Positions 1 to 10,055 of a stretch of 64,000 bases of DNA are shown piece by piece. Position 1 is the first letter of the stretch, and the number at the start of each line of letters is the position of its first letter. Below the pieces are notes generated by a model. That model did no database searches and had not been told where the DNA came from. It was given only the letters and a program-made list of their open reading frames with translations. The stretch is taken from contig JAABSP010000025.1 in the NCBI GenBank assembly GCA_011390345.1, forward strand, positions 399-64,398, read 5' to 3'. A program made the position numbers and the translations under genes. This stretch comes from Desulfobacteraceae bacterium (GTDB lineage: Bacteria > Desulfobacterota > Desulfobacteria > Desulfobacterales > JAABSP01).

Positions 1-2221
1 CGGATACTCCGTGGAGCAGCCCCTCCAGGCGGGAGCGCCAGTTGAGATGCGCGCTTTTTACGCTGCTGATGTCGAACTTCTCCGATCCCACATGAAAGGA
101 GCGTACGGTCTCCGCAAGCCGGTGGGAGACACGGGAAAGATCTGTTGCGGACTGGTTGGTGATCGCGGCGTTGGCCGCGATCTCTCTGGCCGCGGTACTC
201 ACCCCCTCTACATTCCGGGCGATCTCATTGCTTCCCACGGACGCCTCTTCAGAAGCCCTGGAGACCTCTTTTGCAGCACCAGAAACCTGAGCCGCGTTCT
301 GGGCCACTTCCCGGGCGCCTTCACTGCTCTGCCTCGTAATTTCCGCGATATCAGCCACCAGTTGCCAGGCTTCGGAAGAGAGATCGCTCACGGATCGGGC
401 CATCACAGACCCATTGGCCACCTCCCGGGATATCTCGGATGCTGCAGCGGTCTGCTCTCCGACCGAGGCCGCGATCTCCTGATTGATACTGGCGCTCTGG
501 CCGATCACCTGGCCGATCTCGGAGACCGAAACGACCACATCCTTGACAAGGTTTCGGATGTTTTCGATCCTTTCGGCAATCTCCCCTGATGCCTCCCCGG
601 ACTGTCTGGCAAGAAGCTTCACCTCTCCGGCCACCACGGCAAATCCCTTTCCGGCCTCCCCGGCCCCTGCGGCCTCGATCGTGGCATTCAGGGCCAAAAG
701 ATTGGTCTGATCCGCGATATCCTTGATCACGCCGACGATCTTCCGGATCTCTTTGGATGCCTCCGACAGGGTGTTCATTTTCCCGTCGATCCCAAGGGCA
801 TTTTCCCTTGCCTTTTCAGAGATGCGGCTGGAATGATCCGTGCTTTGGGCCACCGAATGAAGGGAGGCGGTCATCTCCTCGACCGCGGCTGCAACGTTTT
901 GGATCACACCAGACATCTGACTGCTGGAATCGGCCATGCTCTTCACCTTTCCCGATGTTCTCTGGGAGAGCTGCGCGATCTCCCGGGCCGTGGAAGACAT
1001 CTCCTCGGCCATCCCCGCGATGGTTTCGACCCCGGTGCTGGCCTGTTCCGCAGATGCGGCCACAGTGGTGATGCCGGAAGAGATCTCTTCGGTGGCCGAG
1101 GCCACGGTGGAAGATTGTGCGCTCAGCTCCTCAGAGGAGGCCGCAAGCTGGTTGGATACCCCGGTCAGCTCATCCGAGGAGTAGTTCAGAGTTCCGGCAA
1201 TGTCGGACAATCTTTTGATGATATTTCCAATGCTCTTCACAGAGACGTTCAACTGGAAGGCCATCTGGCCGATCTCATCTTTTGTCTCCACACGGATCTG
1301 CCCGGAAAAATCGCCCCTTCCTATCTGCTGCACAAATTCAGAGATCTTTGTCAAGGGTCTTTGGATCATTTTCCGGACAAAACCATAGAGGATAAAGCCT
1401 GCCGCAACCAGCAGGAGAAGGGAGATCAGGATGCTTTTCCACCGGGCACTGGCCAGCTCATGGCGCATGGGGGCCAGGGGGATGCCGATCTTGAACGCGC
1501 CGTGGACATCTCCGGCCTTCCAGCCCTCTTTGGGGAAACCTAAGATATCGAGGCTTCCTGCGGGATCACCGTGGCAGGAGAGGCAGTCCGGCGTGAGCTT
1601 TACGGCCTTGAAAAAGATGAGGGCATCGGTCTGCCTCACCTCTGACCCCTCAAAGGCATTGCCCTTTTCAATCCCATTGTAGGAGATGCCGATCTCCCCC
1701 TGTTCTCTTGCCTTTTCCTTATCTTTGGGAAAAAGGATCTTTGCGCCTGTCCTTTCGATCCCGGCAATGGAACCCTTGCCTTCCAGATAATCGACCACCG
1801 CCTTTTCCACCCCGGGCCGGGGCTCGTTTTTCGGGTCCCGGGCATGGTTCTTCGGAACCCGGAACCGGTATCCCAGGGCCTCTGCATTGGCTTCCGCGGC
1901 GGTCCACGCGGCAACCACCGGAATGGTGAGATAGATCTTGGTCTCATCGTACCGTTTTCCCTGGGCCAGCTCCTCCTGAAGCCGGGCCACCAGCGCGGTA
2001 TCATCGAAAACCTCCAGATAGCGCAGATAGCTGATGAACTGCTGATTCTCCTCGCAGAACCAGGTCAGCTCCCTGGCCCGTGCAATCTCCTCTTTCAGCA
2101 GGGAATTTTTGATGGCAATTCCTTGAAAGTAGAGGGAAACGGCCGCACTTGCCGCCAATATGGCAACAACGATCAGAATGATTCGAGTACTCAGGCTTTC
2201 GATGTCAAGACGAATTCGCAT
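1..2221 (-). CDS. Methyl-accepting chemotaxis protein with a periplasmic heme-c (DUF3365-like) sensor and a probable C-terminal CZB domain; 3' end runs off the window
   Basis: Translated by hand from ATG at 2221 ([20 protein letters not shown]...). In-frame CLSCH motif at about 1571-1585, MCP signalling hairpin [34 protein letters not shown], and [17 protein letters not shown] near the window edge. Absent from the ORF track because it has no stop in the window. Confidence 0.9.
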   Translation of the reverse strand, partial: MRIRLDIESLSTRIILIVVAILAASAAVSLYFQGIAIKNSLLKEEIARARELTWFCEENQQFISYLRYLEVFDDTALVARLQEELAQGKRYDETKIYLTIPVVAAWTAAEANAEALGYRFRVPKNHARDPKNEPRPGVEKAVVDYLEGKGSIAGIERTGAKILFPKDKEKAREQGEIGISYNGIEKGNAFEGSEVRQTDALIFFKAVKLTPDCLSCHGDPAGSLDILGFPKEGWKAGDVHGAFKIGIPLAPMRHELASARWKSILISLLLLVAAGFILYGFVRKMIQRPLTKISEFVQQIGRGDFSGQIRVETKDEIGQMAFQLNVSVKSIGNIIKRLSDIAGTLNYSSDELTGVSNQLAASSEELSAQSSTVASATEEISSGITTVAASAEQASTGVETIAGMAEEMSSTAREIAQLSQRTSGKVKSMADSSSQMSGVIQNVAAAVEEMTASLHSVAQSTDHSSRISEKARENALGIDGKMNTLSEASKEIRKIVGVIKDIADQTNLLALNATIEAAGAGEAGKGFAVVAGEVKLLARQSGEASGEIAERIENIRNLVKDVVVSVSEIGQVIGQSASINQEIAASVGEQTAAASEISREVANGSVMARSVSDLSSEAWQLVADIAEITRQSSEGAREVAQNAAQVSGAAKEVSRASEEASVGSNEIARNVEGVSTAAREIAANAAITNQSATDLSRVSHRLAETVRSFHVGSEKFDISSVKSAHLNWRSRLEGLLHGVS

Positions 2222-4233
2222 CAGCTTCTCTTTCCCTTTGGAATAGCAGGATTATTTGCGGTATAGGCTTGATTTGCCCTGTTCGGCTGGTTGGGATATC
2301 GAAGCCTTAGCACATTATGTTCAACCATTGGCGTGAGAAAGCGGGCCCTTAATCCATCGGCATTCCGTTGAAGCAAATCGGCCAACTGCCGCCTGGATAA
2401 CCAGCGCCCACTGCATAATTTTAAAATCAGTTTCTCCATATCCTTTGGCAAAAGCCGTCGATTCGAACGGGCAGGAGCGGCTATTGAAATCAGGTACTCG
2501 CGATCCGCTTGGGTCAATTCACCGTTATGTACGGAGCCATTGGCCTTATGTAAGAAACTGACATTCTTATGTACGGAGTCATTGGCCTTATGTATGGAGC
2601 CGGCATCCTTATGTACGGAGTCATCGGCCTTATGTATGGAGCCGGCATCCTTATGTACGGAGCCATTGGCCTTATGTATGGAGCCGGCATCCTTATGTAC
2701 GGAGTCATCGGCCTTATGTAGGGAGTCACCGGCCTTATGTAGGGAGCCTGAAAGGGCAGGCAAACGATATCGAGTCCATCGCGCCTGGCCTTCTTGAATC
2801 AGGGCATGTTTTGCCACCAACCCCTGCAATACCTTCGTCATTTCAGCCGCATGATCACCGGTAATCTCCCGCATTCGGGCATTGTCAACCGCACCTTCTA
2901 TATCTGCCGTGACAAGCGCCTGCACTTCCAGTTTTGTAAACCTTGAAAACCTCCTGCCAAACAGCTCCTTCAATCTCGCCAGAGACGCTTCGGGAATCAG
3001 GCTGACCATCGGCAGCATCCACTGAACCCTGTCCGGCTGGAACTGATCGCTGATCCGTGGGGAACGCCAATGCTGGGACTCCCAGCCCCGATGGATTTTG
3101 TCCACGCCGGAGCCGGCCTTCTCGGCTCCGCCGATCATCATGAAGATGTTCTGCAGGGTCTTGTTCCTGCACTCGCTGATGTTGCCCTGCAGCAACTGCT
3201 CGAAAGAGACCAGCAGAGATCCGGGATTGGAGAATTCAAAGCGATCCGGATATTTTTCGATCACGATGCCGCCTTGTCCCTGATAATCAGCGTGAATCAA
3301 GGCATTGATCAGCGCCTCCCGAATCGCCTCATGAACCACGGTCTCCCCTTTGCGGAATAGACCGGGGCCCAATTGAAAAGGCAGCTTCAGATCCTGGGTC
3401 AACCGCCGGAATATCCGCAGGTAGAACTGATAGAGATTGGCGCACCAGGTCCCGTCAATCGTTACCCGATCGGTCCAGCGAACAGCGGGATCAGGAGAGA
3501 GTTTCTCCCGGTAGTCCACATGATATTGAGGAATGGCCTCCCGGATGGCTTCATCCGTACCGAACATGAGAAGTCCGGCAACGGTCAGCCCTTCAACTCC
3601 GCTTCTTCGGTCCAGGCGCCAGCCGCCGAGTTTTGTCAGAATGCCCTTGTCGTCCTGGCTCAGCCAAGGGTGAAGCGGTTTATGGGAGGCGAAGAGATTC
3701 CGATATTGCTGCAAACTGGGGCGGTCGAGATCATCCAGAGTGAAATATTCCAGGAGACGACCGTCGGCAGGCGCTTCGGACCTGTCCGACAACATGCGGC
3801 CAACCTCTTTATCCGTGCAGTGGTAATCACCTTCATAATTGCGCCGGTAGGTTCCGGTCAACGGGTTCTGCCCCAAAAAGACAGGCCGCTGATCCCGAGT
3901 GGCTTTGGGAATACGGATAGCGAGAATTTTTTCCTTTTCATGGGCAACCATCGCGATATCGGCATCGGTCAGCAGATTGACACTCACCTTGCCGCGGTTG
4001 TTTATGGTGTCCCAAAAAGACTTTTTCAACCGGTCAGGATCAGCAATGCCGCTGACGGTACCATCGTTTTCCACACCGAGGAGAATAACGCCGCCATGTG
4101 TATTGGCCATGGCGCCGTAAGTTTCCCACAGGCTTTTGGGAAGACCGCCTTTGGCGGATTTGAACTCCAGCTCCTCGTATTCGGCCCAATCCAGGCGACT
4201 GATGATTTCGACAGGATCAAGAAGATGCGGCAT
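2221..4233 (-). CDS. Schlafen/AlbA_2 domain + HATPase_c_4 (RecG C-terminal-like) + wHTH protein (COG2865-like) with an internal His-rich heptad repeat
   Basis: N-terminal [10 protein letters not shown]...[18 protein letters not shown] (AlbA_2); [14 protein letters not shown]...NPG...AEKAGSGV (HATPase_c_4); HTH-like C-terminus; RBS GGAG upstream. Confidence 0.85.
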   Translation of the reverse strand: MPHLLDPVEIISRLDWAEYEELEFKSAKGGLPKSLWETYGAMANTHGGVILLGVENDGTVSGIADPDRLKKSFWDTINNRGKVSVNLLTDADIAMVAHEKEKILAIRIPKATRDQRPVFLGQNPLTGTYRRNYEGDYHCTDKEVGRMLSDRSEAPADGRLLEYFTLDDLDRPSLQQYRNLFASHKPLHPWLSQDDKGILTKLGGWRLDRRSGVEGLTVAGLLMFGTDEAIREAIPQYHVDYREKLSPDPAVRWTDRVTIDGTWCANLYQFYLRIFRRLTQDLKLPFQLGPGLFRKGETVVHEAIREALINALIHADYQGQGGIVIEKYPDRFEFSNPGSLLVSFEQLLQGNISECRNKTLQNIFMMIGGAEKAGSGVDKIHRGWESQHWRSPRISDQFQPDRVQWMLPMVSLIPEASLARLKELFGRRFSRFTKLEVQALVTADIEGAVDNARMREITGDHAAEMTKVLQGLVAKHALIQEGQARWTRYRLPALSGSLHKAGDSLHKADDSVHKDAGSIHKANGSVHKDAGSIHKADDSVHKDAGSIHKANDSVHKNVSFLHKANGSVHNGELTQADREYLISIAAPARSNRRLLPKDMEKLILKLCSGRWLSRRQLADLLQRNADGLRARFLTPMVEHNVLRLRYPNQPNRANQAYTANNPAIPKGKRS
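2525..2748. repeat. Coding tandem repeat, 11 x 21 bp (42-bp higher-order period), encoding S[ILV]HK[AD][ADGN][GD]
   Basis: TTATGT recurs exactly every 21 bp from 2525 to 2735; protein reads [35 protein letters not shown]... Confidence 0.95.
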
Positions 4234-4522
4234 GTTCAGACTCCTTTTTCACGCCGGCAACCCTTTCTTTGGGTATTTTCATTTTTCCGAAAAAAACAAA
4301 GATTGTTTTGATCATATCTTCGCTCATTACGGCTCAATACTACCTAAGCCTCCCTCATTATTCAAGCCAAAACAGAGAAAAATCTCTCACCATCACCACT
4401 GTTCACCCAGTCGCCGATTCCTACCCCCAATTACCATGATCTCCCCATTGCCTTTTGGATGATTCTGTGGAACAATCAACCATAACTATTTGTATTTACT
4501 CATATCGTGAGGATCTATATCC

Positions 4523-4699
4523 ATGATAGCAACCGTTTTGGGGTCCATCTTCATTTTTACCCTTGGATTGATGGTCGGAAAATGGAAGGCCAATCGGCAG
4601 TGGCGGGCCAATGCGAACCAGCCCTTTCTGCTGGCGCACGGGGAGTGGCTGTATAAGGTGAAGAAGGAGAAGCGGCCCAAGATGAACGCCTATAACTGA
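4523..4699 (+). CDS. Small putative membrane-anchored protein (58 aa), below the ORF-track cutoff
   Basis: MIATVLGSIFIFTLGLMVGKWKANRQWRANANQPFLLAHGEWLYKVKKEKRPKMNAYN*; GTGAGGA upstream; hydrophobic N-terminus followed by a basic tail; fills an otherwise empty gap. Confidence 0.55.
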   Translation: MIATVLGSIFIFTLGLMVGKWKANRQWRANANQPFLLAHGEWLYKVKKEKRPKMNAYN

Positions 4700-4733
4700 C
4701 CTTCTTCTCCTTTTGGTTGATCTGTGCCGGAAT

Positions 4734-6617
4734 TTATTTCGATTTGGGCTCGGGCTCGTCGAACCGGCAGCTCAGGTGGATATCCGCGCGCATTTTGACC
4801 CGGGTTTTGAAGGGCAGTGTTTTAAAGAGCCGGATCATCCGCTGATTTCCCTGGGAGGTGTAGGCAAATAGTCCGTTGACGCCGTGCTCCTGGGCCGCCT
4901 CGGCAAGCTTCCGGATCAGGATGTGGCCAATGCCCTTGCCCTGATACCGCTTGCTGACGGAGAAGGCCACTTCGGCCATGTTGGTCGATTCGTCCAGATA
5001 GTACTCCCCCACGCCGAGAACCTTGCCGAATCCGAACTCGCCGACAATGGCCAGGATGGTGAGGTTGCGGATGTAGTCGATCTTGAAAAGCCCCTCCAGA
5101 TCCCCCCGGGGAAACCTGTTCTTCTCGTGGAAAAACCGGGAGATGACATCGACCCTGTCCAGATGGTAGTAATGCTCCTGAATCCTTCGCTCGTCCACGG
5201 GCTTTGCGGGCCTAAAGGTGATGGTCTCGCCGTCGATTTCGATATTCTCTTCCAGCTTGACCGGATAGACCCCCCGCACCGACTCTCCCAGGCTCCTTTC
5301 ATGGCCAACCATCCCCAGCTTCTTGGCCTTTTCCAGCAGATCATCCCGAAAATCGGGGTGCGCGATGCTGATGAGGGCCAATGCCCGCTCCTGCACCGTC
5401 TTTCCAAAGAGGCTGACAGCGCCGAATTCCGTCACCACATACCGGACGTCATCTCTGGGAACCGTGATGATGGTCTCGGTCAGCAGCGGGACGATCCGGC
5501 TCTTCTTTCCCCCTTCCGCGGTTGAGGGAAGCATGATGATAGACTTGCCGTTTTTCGAGCGGTTGGCCCCCCGGACAAAGTTGGGAATCCCGGAAACCCC
5601 GGCATAGAGGGTCTGGGACATGGCGTCACAGGAGACCTGGCCCGCGAGATCGATGATCTGGGCCACGTTCATGGAGATCATCCGGTTGTGGCGGGAGATG
5701 ATGTCGATATCGTTGACGTAGTCGAAAGGGTGGAAATCGACGGCCGGATTGGAGTCGAGGAAATCGTAGAGGGCAGAAGAGCCGATCGCGCAGGCCGCAA
5801 CCAGCTTTCCCTCGTTAAAGCCTTTTTTGCGGTTGTTGATCACTCCCATCGCGTAGAGGTGCATGATGTCTTCGGTGAGAAAGAAGGAGTGGACCCCGAG
5901 ATCGTTCTTCTCGGACAGGATCTGGCTCGTGGCCTGGGAGGTCGCGTCAAGTCCGATCTGGATGGTGGAGCCGTCTTCGATGAGGCCGGCGATGTGGCTG
6001 CCGATCCGCTTTGCCCGATCCGAGCCGGGCAGGTCCGGAATGGTCAGCAGCTCTTCATCGTGCTCCACCACTATGTCCACATCGTTGACATTTATGAAGC
6101 AGCGGCCCAGCACCCGGGGCATCCGCTCGTTGATCTGCGCGATGACCAGGTCGGCTGACATAGCTGCCGAAAGGGTGATGTCAACCGATACCCCGAGGCT
6201 CATCCAGCCGAAGTCGTCGGGGGGAGAGACCTGGATCAGGGCCACATCCAGTGGAATCCGGCGGGTTTTGAAGAGATGGGGGACCTCGGAGACGTTGACC
6301 GGGGTGTGGAAGCGCATGTTTTTTGCCATGTCCTCGGTTTTGGCAGATCCGAGATATATGGAGCGGATCTTGAAGCTCTGCTCCTCGGTCTTCTCCGCGA
6401 TCTGGGTCAGGGGAGAGGTCTCCTTGGACATGAGACGGATGATCTCCAGATCGGTAAACCGGTTCGACTTTTCAGCCAGCCCCCGGACCAGGTGCTGGGG
6501 CTCGCCGCAGTAGGAGCCGATAAAGACCCGCTGCCCCGATCGGATGCGGCTGATGGCCTCCTCTACACTCTTCCGTTTTTCCAGATACTCGTCCGGCCAG
6601 TAACTTGTCTTCGGCAT
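4734..6617 (-). CDS. Acetyl-CoA hydrolase/CoA-transferase-like domain fused to a C-terminal GNAT acetyltransferase
   Basis: VALIQVSPPDDFGWMSLGVSVD, VVTEFG, ISIAHPDFR (AcCoA hydrolase family); C-terminal AEVAFSVSKRYQGKGIG (GNAT motif A). Start moved to ATG 6617 after GAGGTGGAG. Confidence 0.9.
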   Translation of the reverse strand: MPKTSYWPDEYLEKRKSVEEAISRIRSGQRVFIGSYCGEPQHLVRGLAEKSNRFTDLEIIRLMSKETSPLTQIAEKTEEQSFKIRSIYLGSAKTEDMAKNMRFHTPVNVSEVPHLFKTRRIPLDVALIQVSPPDDFGWMSLGVSVDITLSAAMSADLVIAQINERMPRVLGRCFINVNDVDIVVEHDEELLTIPDLPGSDRAKRIGSHIAGLIEDGSTIQIGLDATSQATSQILSEKNDLGVHSFFLTEDIMHLYAMGVINNRKKGFNEGKLVAACAIGSSALYDFLDSNPAVDFHPFDYVNDIDIISRHNRMISMNVAQIIDLAGQVSCDAMSQTLYAGVSGIPNFVRGANRSKNGKSIIMLPSTAEGGKKSRIVPLLTETIITVPRDDVRYVVTEFGAVSLFGKTVQERALALISIAHPDFRDDLLEKAKKLGMVGHERSLGESVRGVYPVKLEENIEIDGETITFRPAKPVDERRIQEHYYHLDRVDVISRFFHEKNRFPRGDLEGLFKIDYIRNLTILAIVGEFGFGKVLGVGEYYLDESTNMAEVAFSVSKRYQGKGIGHILIRKLAEAAQEHGVNGLFAYTSQGNQRMIRLFKTLPFKTRVKMRADIHLSCRFDEPEPKSK

Positions 6618-6817
6618 GCTCCACCTCTTTTTTGCCCGTTCCTGTTGACAGCCAAAGATACTATAGCACAGAAAAAGCCTTTGGAGAAACCGAATCGGCT
6701 TCATCTCTGCCTTGAAGTCAAGGGCGTTTTTTAAAAAATTATGGTCTTGCATTGAAAGTGCAGGTATCATATATATCGTATGGATTTGCAGGAACTCCCA
6801 ACTGAGGAAACCACTGA

Positions 6818-8005
6818 ATGGAAATATCGGATAAGAATATCACAAAGCTCTCCTGGGAAGGCAAAGCAGTGCTGCTGGTCGGCACAGCCCATGTCTCCAG
6901 GGAGAGCGCCCGGCTGGTCAAGGAATTGATCGAAGGGGAGAAGCCCGATACGGTCTGCGTGGAACTCTGCGCATCCCGATATCAGTCCCTGCGGCAGAAG
7001 AGCCAGTGGCAGAACATGGACATCATCAAGGTGATCAAGGAGAAGAAGGCATTTCTGCTCCTCTCCAACCTTCTGCTGGCCTCGTTCCAGCGCCGGATAG
7101 CCAAAAAATTCGACATCAATCCGGGCGAGGAGATGCTCAAGGCCATCGAGGCCGCAGACCTTGTAGGGGCCGAGATCGTGACGGCCGACCGGGATATCCG
7201 GGTGACGCTGCTGCGGACATGGCGGAACCTGGCTTTTTTTGACAAGCTCAAGATGATCTTCCAGATGATCCTCTCGGTTGCCGGGGGCATCGACGAGGTG
7301 GAGGAGGAGGATATCGAGCGGATGAAGCAGGAGGACATTTTAGAGATGCTCATTGCCGACATCGGAAAAGCCTTCCCGGTGATCCGCAAAATCCTCATCG
7401 ACGAGCGGGATCTCTACCTGGCCGAAAACATCCGCAAGGCTCCCGGCGAGAAGATCGTTGCAGTGGTGGGCGCGGGCCATGTGCCGGGCATCAAAGCCCA
7501 CTGGGAGGATACCATCGACACAAAGGCTTTGGAATCCGTCCCCCGGAAAGGGAGAATCACCGGCCTTCTAAAATGGATTCTCCCGGTTCTGATCCTGCTG
7601 CTCTTCATACTCGGCTTCTTTTACGGGGGCATGGAGACGGGCAAAAGCATGATTTTCTGGTGGTTTGCCGTCAACGGCGTCATGGCCGGCCTGGGCGCGA
7701 TCTTGGCGCTGGCCCATCCGTTGACCATCCTCTCATCGATCCTGGCGGCCCCGCTCACCTCTTTAAATCCGATGATCGCGGCCGGCTGGGTCTCGGGTCT
7801 GGTCGAGGCGCTCTCCCGGAAGCCCAAAGTGATCGATTTTGAAAACATCTATGAGGACATCGCCTCGGTGAAGGGGTTCTGGAAGAACAACGTCACCCGG
7901 ATTCTGCTGGTGGTGCTATTCACCAATCTCGGGAGCATGATCGGCTCCTTTGTTGCGCTGCCGCTGATCATCAAGATCTTCGGAAGTCTGCCCGCGCCGG
8001 TGTAG
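6818..8005 (+). CDS. TraB/PrgY/GumN family protein (pheromone shutdown-like) with C-terminal membrane helices
   Basis: LVGTAHVS, VCVELC, PGEEM, ERDLYLA, VVGAGHVPGI motifs. Confidence 0.9.
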   Translation: MEISDKNITKLSWEGKAVLLVGTAHVSRESARLVKELIEGEKPDTVCVELCASRYQSLRQKSQWQNMDIIKVIKEKKAFLLLSNLLLASFQRRIAKKFDINPGEEMLKAIEAADLVGAEIVTADRDIRVTLLRTWRNLAFFDKLKMIFQMILSVAGGIDEVEEEDIERMKQEDILEMLIADIGKAFPVIRKILIDERDLYLAENIRKAPGEKIVAVVGAGHVPGIKAHWEDTIDTKALESVPRKGRITGLLKWILPVLILLLFILGFFYGGMETGKSMIFWWFAVNGVMAGLGAILALAHPLTILSSILAAPLTSLNPMIAAGWVSGLVEALSRKPKVIDFENIYEDIASVKGFWKNNVTRILLVVLFTNLGSMIGSFVALPLIIKIFGSLPAPV

Positions 8006-8061
8006 AAGGTTAGAATAAGGCTGATCCGCACCTTTTTGGGAATCGATATTTACCGATAGTA

Positions 8062-8090
8062 TTGCCTGAATTTTATCGACCATGTATACT
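8062..8090 (+). promoter_or_regulatory. sigma70-type promoter for the DUF4388/PilZ pair
   Basis: TTGCCT-N17-TATACT. Confidence 0.55.
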
Positions 8091-8176
8091 GGATCTCATC
8101 AAGAGACAGGTTTCAAAAGGAGGTCTTGATTGAAAGCCGCCTTTCAGATAAAGACCGATTCAGGCGAGGAAAAGGT

Positions 8177-9049
8177 ATGCCGCTAAAGGGCGATTTAAGT
8201 ACGATTCCCATCACAACGGTCCTGCAGATGCTCTGCGATGAAAACAAGACCGGCGTGCTCCGGGCGCAAAATGGTGCAAAGCAGGTCAAATTCTTCATTC
8301 AGGATGGCGCGGTGCTCTGCGTGATGGGGACACTGGAGCGGGCAAGGCTGGGAAGCATCCTGCGCAACTCCAATCTGATCTCCAAAGAGGATCTTGGGCG
8401 GTGTCTGGAGATCGCTAGAGAGAAGAACCGGACACTGGGGAATATACTGATACAGGAGGGATTTCTCACCTCTGACAAACTCGCCGCGGTGGTCAACAAG
8501 CAGGCCGAGGAGATCATCTTCGACCTGCTCTCCTGGGAGCAGGGAATCTTTGAATACCGAGACGGCCGGATCAACCTCAGGAACATGGAGATCATTCCCA
8601 TCAATGTGATGGGGCTGATTCTGGAGACCATGCGCCGGAAGGACGAACTTCTCTATATGACAGAGGAGGCCTCTCCTTCCTATCCCGATGTCGAAGAGGA
8701 AGAAATCGAAGATGATGTCTCCGGTATGGAGGTGGTCGCGTTTCATCTCAAAGAATCCTTTGTCGAACCGGATGAAATGGATCTGGAGGAAGATCTGTCA
8801 GGAAGAAATGGAGATGAGACCGAAAGAATTCCGGAAAACGAATGGAACAAATTCTGGAAGATTCTCCATACCGAGGAAAATGCATTTGATATCACCTTTA
8901 CCGAAGAGGTGGATCAGGCAGATCTGGATGCGGATATCGGGATCGATGATCCCGAGGAGGAGACCCAGGGCAAGGATGTGGAGATCGATCTGTCGGAAAA
9001 CGAATGGAAGCGTTTTCTGCTTCAGTTTATAAAATCTGCAAAAAAATGA
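8177..9049 (+). CDS. DUF4388 (PATAN-like) protein with an MshEN-like segment and an acidic tail
   Basis: MPLKGDLSTIPITTVLQML...KTGVL; RLGSIL...LGNILIQEGFLT; LLSWEQGIFEY. Confidence 0.8.
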   Translation: MPLKGDLSTIPITTVLQMLCDENKTGVLRAQNGAKQVKFFIQDGAVLCVMGTLERARLGSILRNSNLISKEDLGRCLEIAREKNRTLGNILIQEGFLTSDKLAAVVNKQAEEIIFDLLSWEQGIFEYRDGRINLRNMEIIPINVMGLILETMRRKDELLYMTEEASPSYPDVEEEEIEDDVSGMEVVAFHLKESFVEPDEMDLEEDLSGRNGDETERIPENEWNKFWKILHTEENAFDITFTEEVDQADLDADIGIDDPEEETQGKDVEIDLSENEWKRFLLQFIKSAKK

Positions 9050-9070
9050 AACGATTTGGAACTGGGACGG

Positions 9071-9688
9071 ATGCGTAAAGACGGAGAGAAATTAAAAGTG
9101 GTTGTGGGTGAGGACAATCTGGCGGCAATGGTCTGTCCTGTGTGTGATTTTCTGGTCATCGAGGATGTATCTCCTCACTTCAGCAACGCAAAAAATTCTG
9201 TACAGGCGCAGTTCCGCTGCAAATGCGGCCATACTTATTCCGTTTTTCTGGAGCGCCGGAAATATTACCGGAAGAGTACCAAGCTTTCCGGGGTATTCAA
9301 CCCGTCCAGAATGGATAGAGGGATGACCGTTCTGGATCTTTCCCGATCCGGTCTGAAGTTCACCACCAATCGGTCCCACGACATTGGGGTCGGCGATGAA
9401 CTCTATGTGGAATTCGAGCTGGATGACCGGGAGCGGTCCAAGGTGCTTCGAAAGATCGAGGTCAAATCGGTAGAGGGGGAGGTGATCGGCGGCGCATTCA
9501 TCCGCTCGGAAAAACCCACAACCATCACCAACTATCTCTATTTCGAAAAAGATGATCCTGCCGAAAGGCCGGTAAGCGGAAGGAAAGCCTCTCTCATGGA
9601 TCGTCCCGAGACTTCGGACTCAAAGGAATCAGAGGAATCAGAGCAGGAAATCGACGGGGATACATCTCAGGACTCATCCGCCGGATAA
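9071..9688 (+). CDS. PilZ domain protein with an N-terminal Cys-pair zinc ribbon
   Basis: CPVC...CKCGH; ERRKYYRK (RxxxR) and DLSRSG (DxSxxG). Confidence 0.85.
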   Translation: MRKDGEKLKVVVGEDNLAAMVCPVCDFLVIEDVSPHFSNAKNSVQAQFRCKCGHTYSVFLERRKYYRKSTKLSGVFNPSRMDRGMTVLDLSRSGLKFTTNRSHDIGVGDELYVEFELDDRERSKVLRKIEVKSVEGEVIGGAFIRSEKPTTITNYLYFEKDDPAERPVSGRKASLMDRPETSDSKESEESEQEIDGDTSQDSSAG

Positions 9689-9758
9689 GAGACCGCCCGG
9701 TTGAAGAGAACCGGAAGGAAGAGAGGATCACAGTTTTGGCCTCGAATTGGGGCTCGGA

Positions 9759-10055
9759 TTATACCTCGACTCTTTTTTGGATTTCCCCCTTATCATTGAG
9801 CAGATATACCGAAAAGCCATTGGCCTCGGCATATTCCAGCAGTTCCTCATATATAATCGCCTGCACCTCATATTTCTTTCCCTCCTCAAAGGTGAGCTGA
9901 TTATAGCATTTGAGCGCGTCCTCTTTGGAAAGGAATGTGGGGATAAAAGAGATCTTATCCTCTGAATACTCCTGCCCCAGAAGCTGATCCCTTCCAATGG
10001 GCCCCACCACGACCACGACCCATACCCAGTCGTCATTCTTGATCTCCACTGTCAT
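9759..10055 (-). CDS. Hypothetical protein (98 aa) at the end of the lipid A operon
   Basis: AGGAGGAG RBS before ATG 10055; overlaps the msbA 3' end. Confidence 0.7.
   Translation of the reverse strand: MTVEIKNDDWVWVVVVVGPIGRDQLLGQEYSEDKISFIPTFLSKEDALKCYNQLTFEEGKKYEVQAIIYEELLEYAEANGFSVYLLNDKGEIQKRVEV

Noticed and set aside
2525-2748. CRISPR array
   Set aside because: Contiguous 21-bp units with no unique spacers, in frame inside a CDS, and no cas genes.
6818-8005. TraB as evidence of a conjugative element
   Set aside because: This is the chromosomal TraB/PrgY/GumN family; there is no T4SS, relaxase or integrase nearby.
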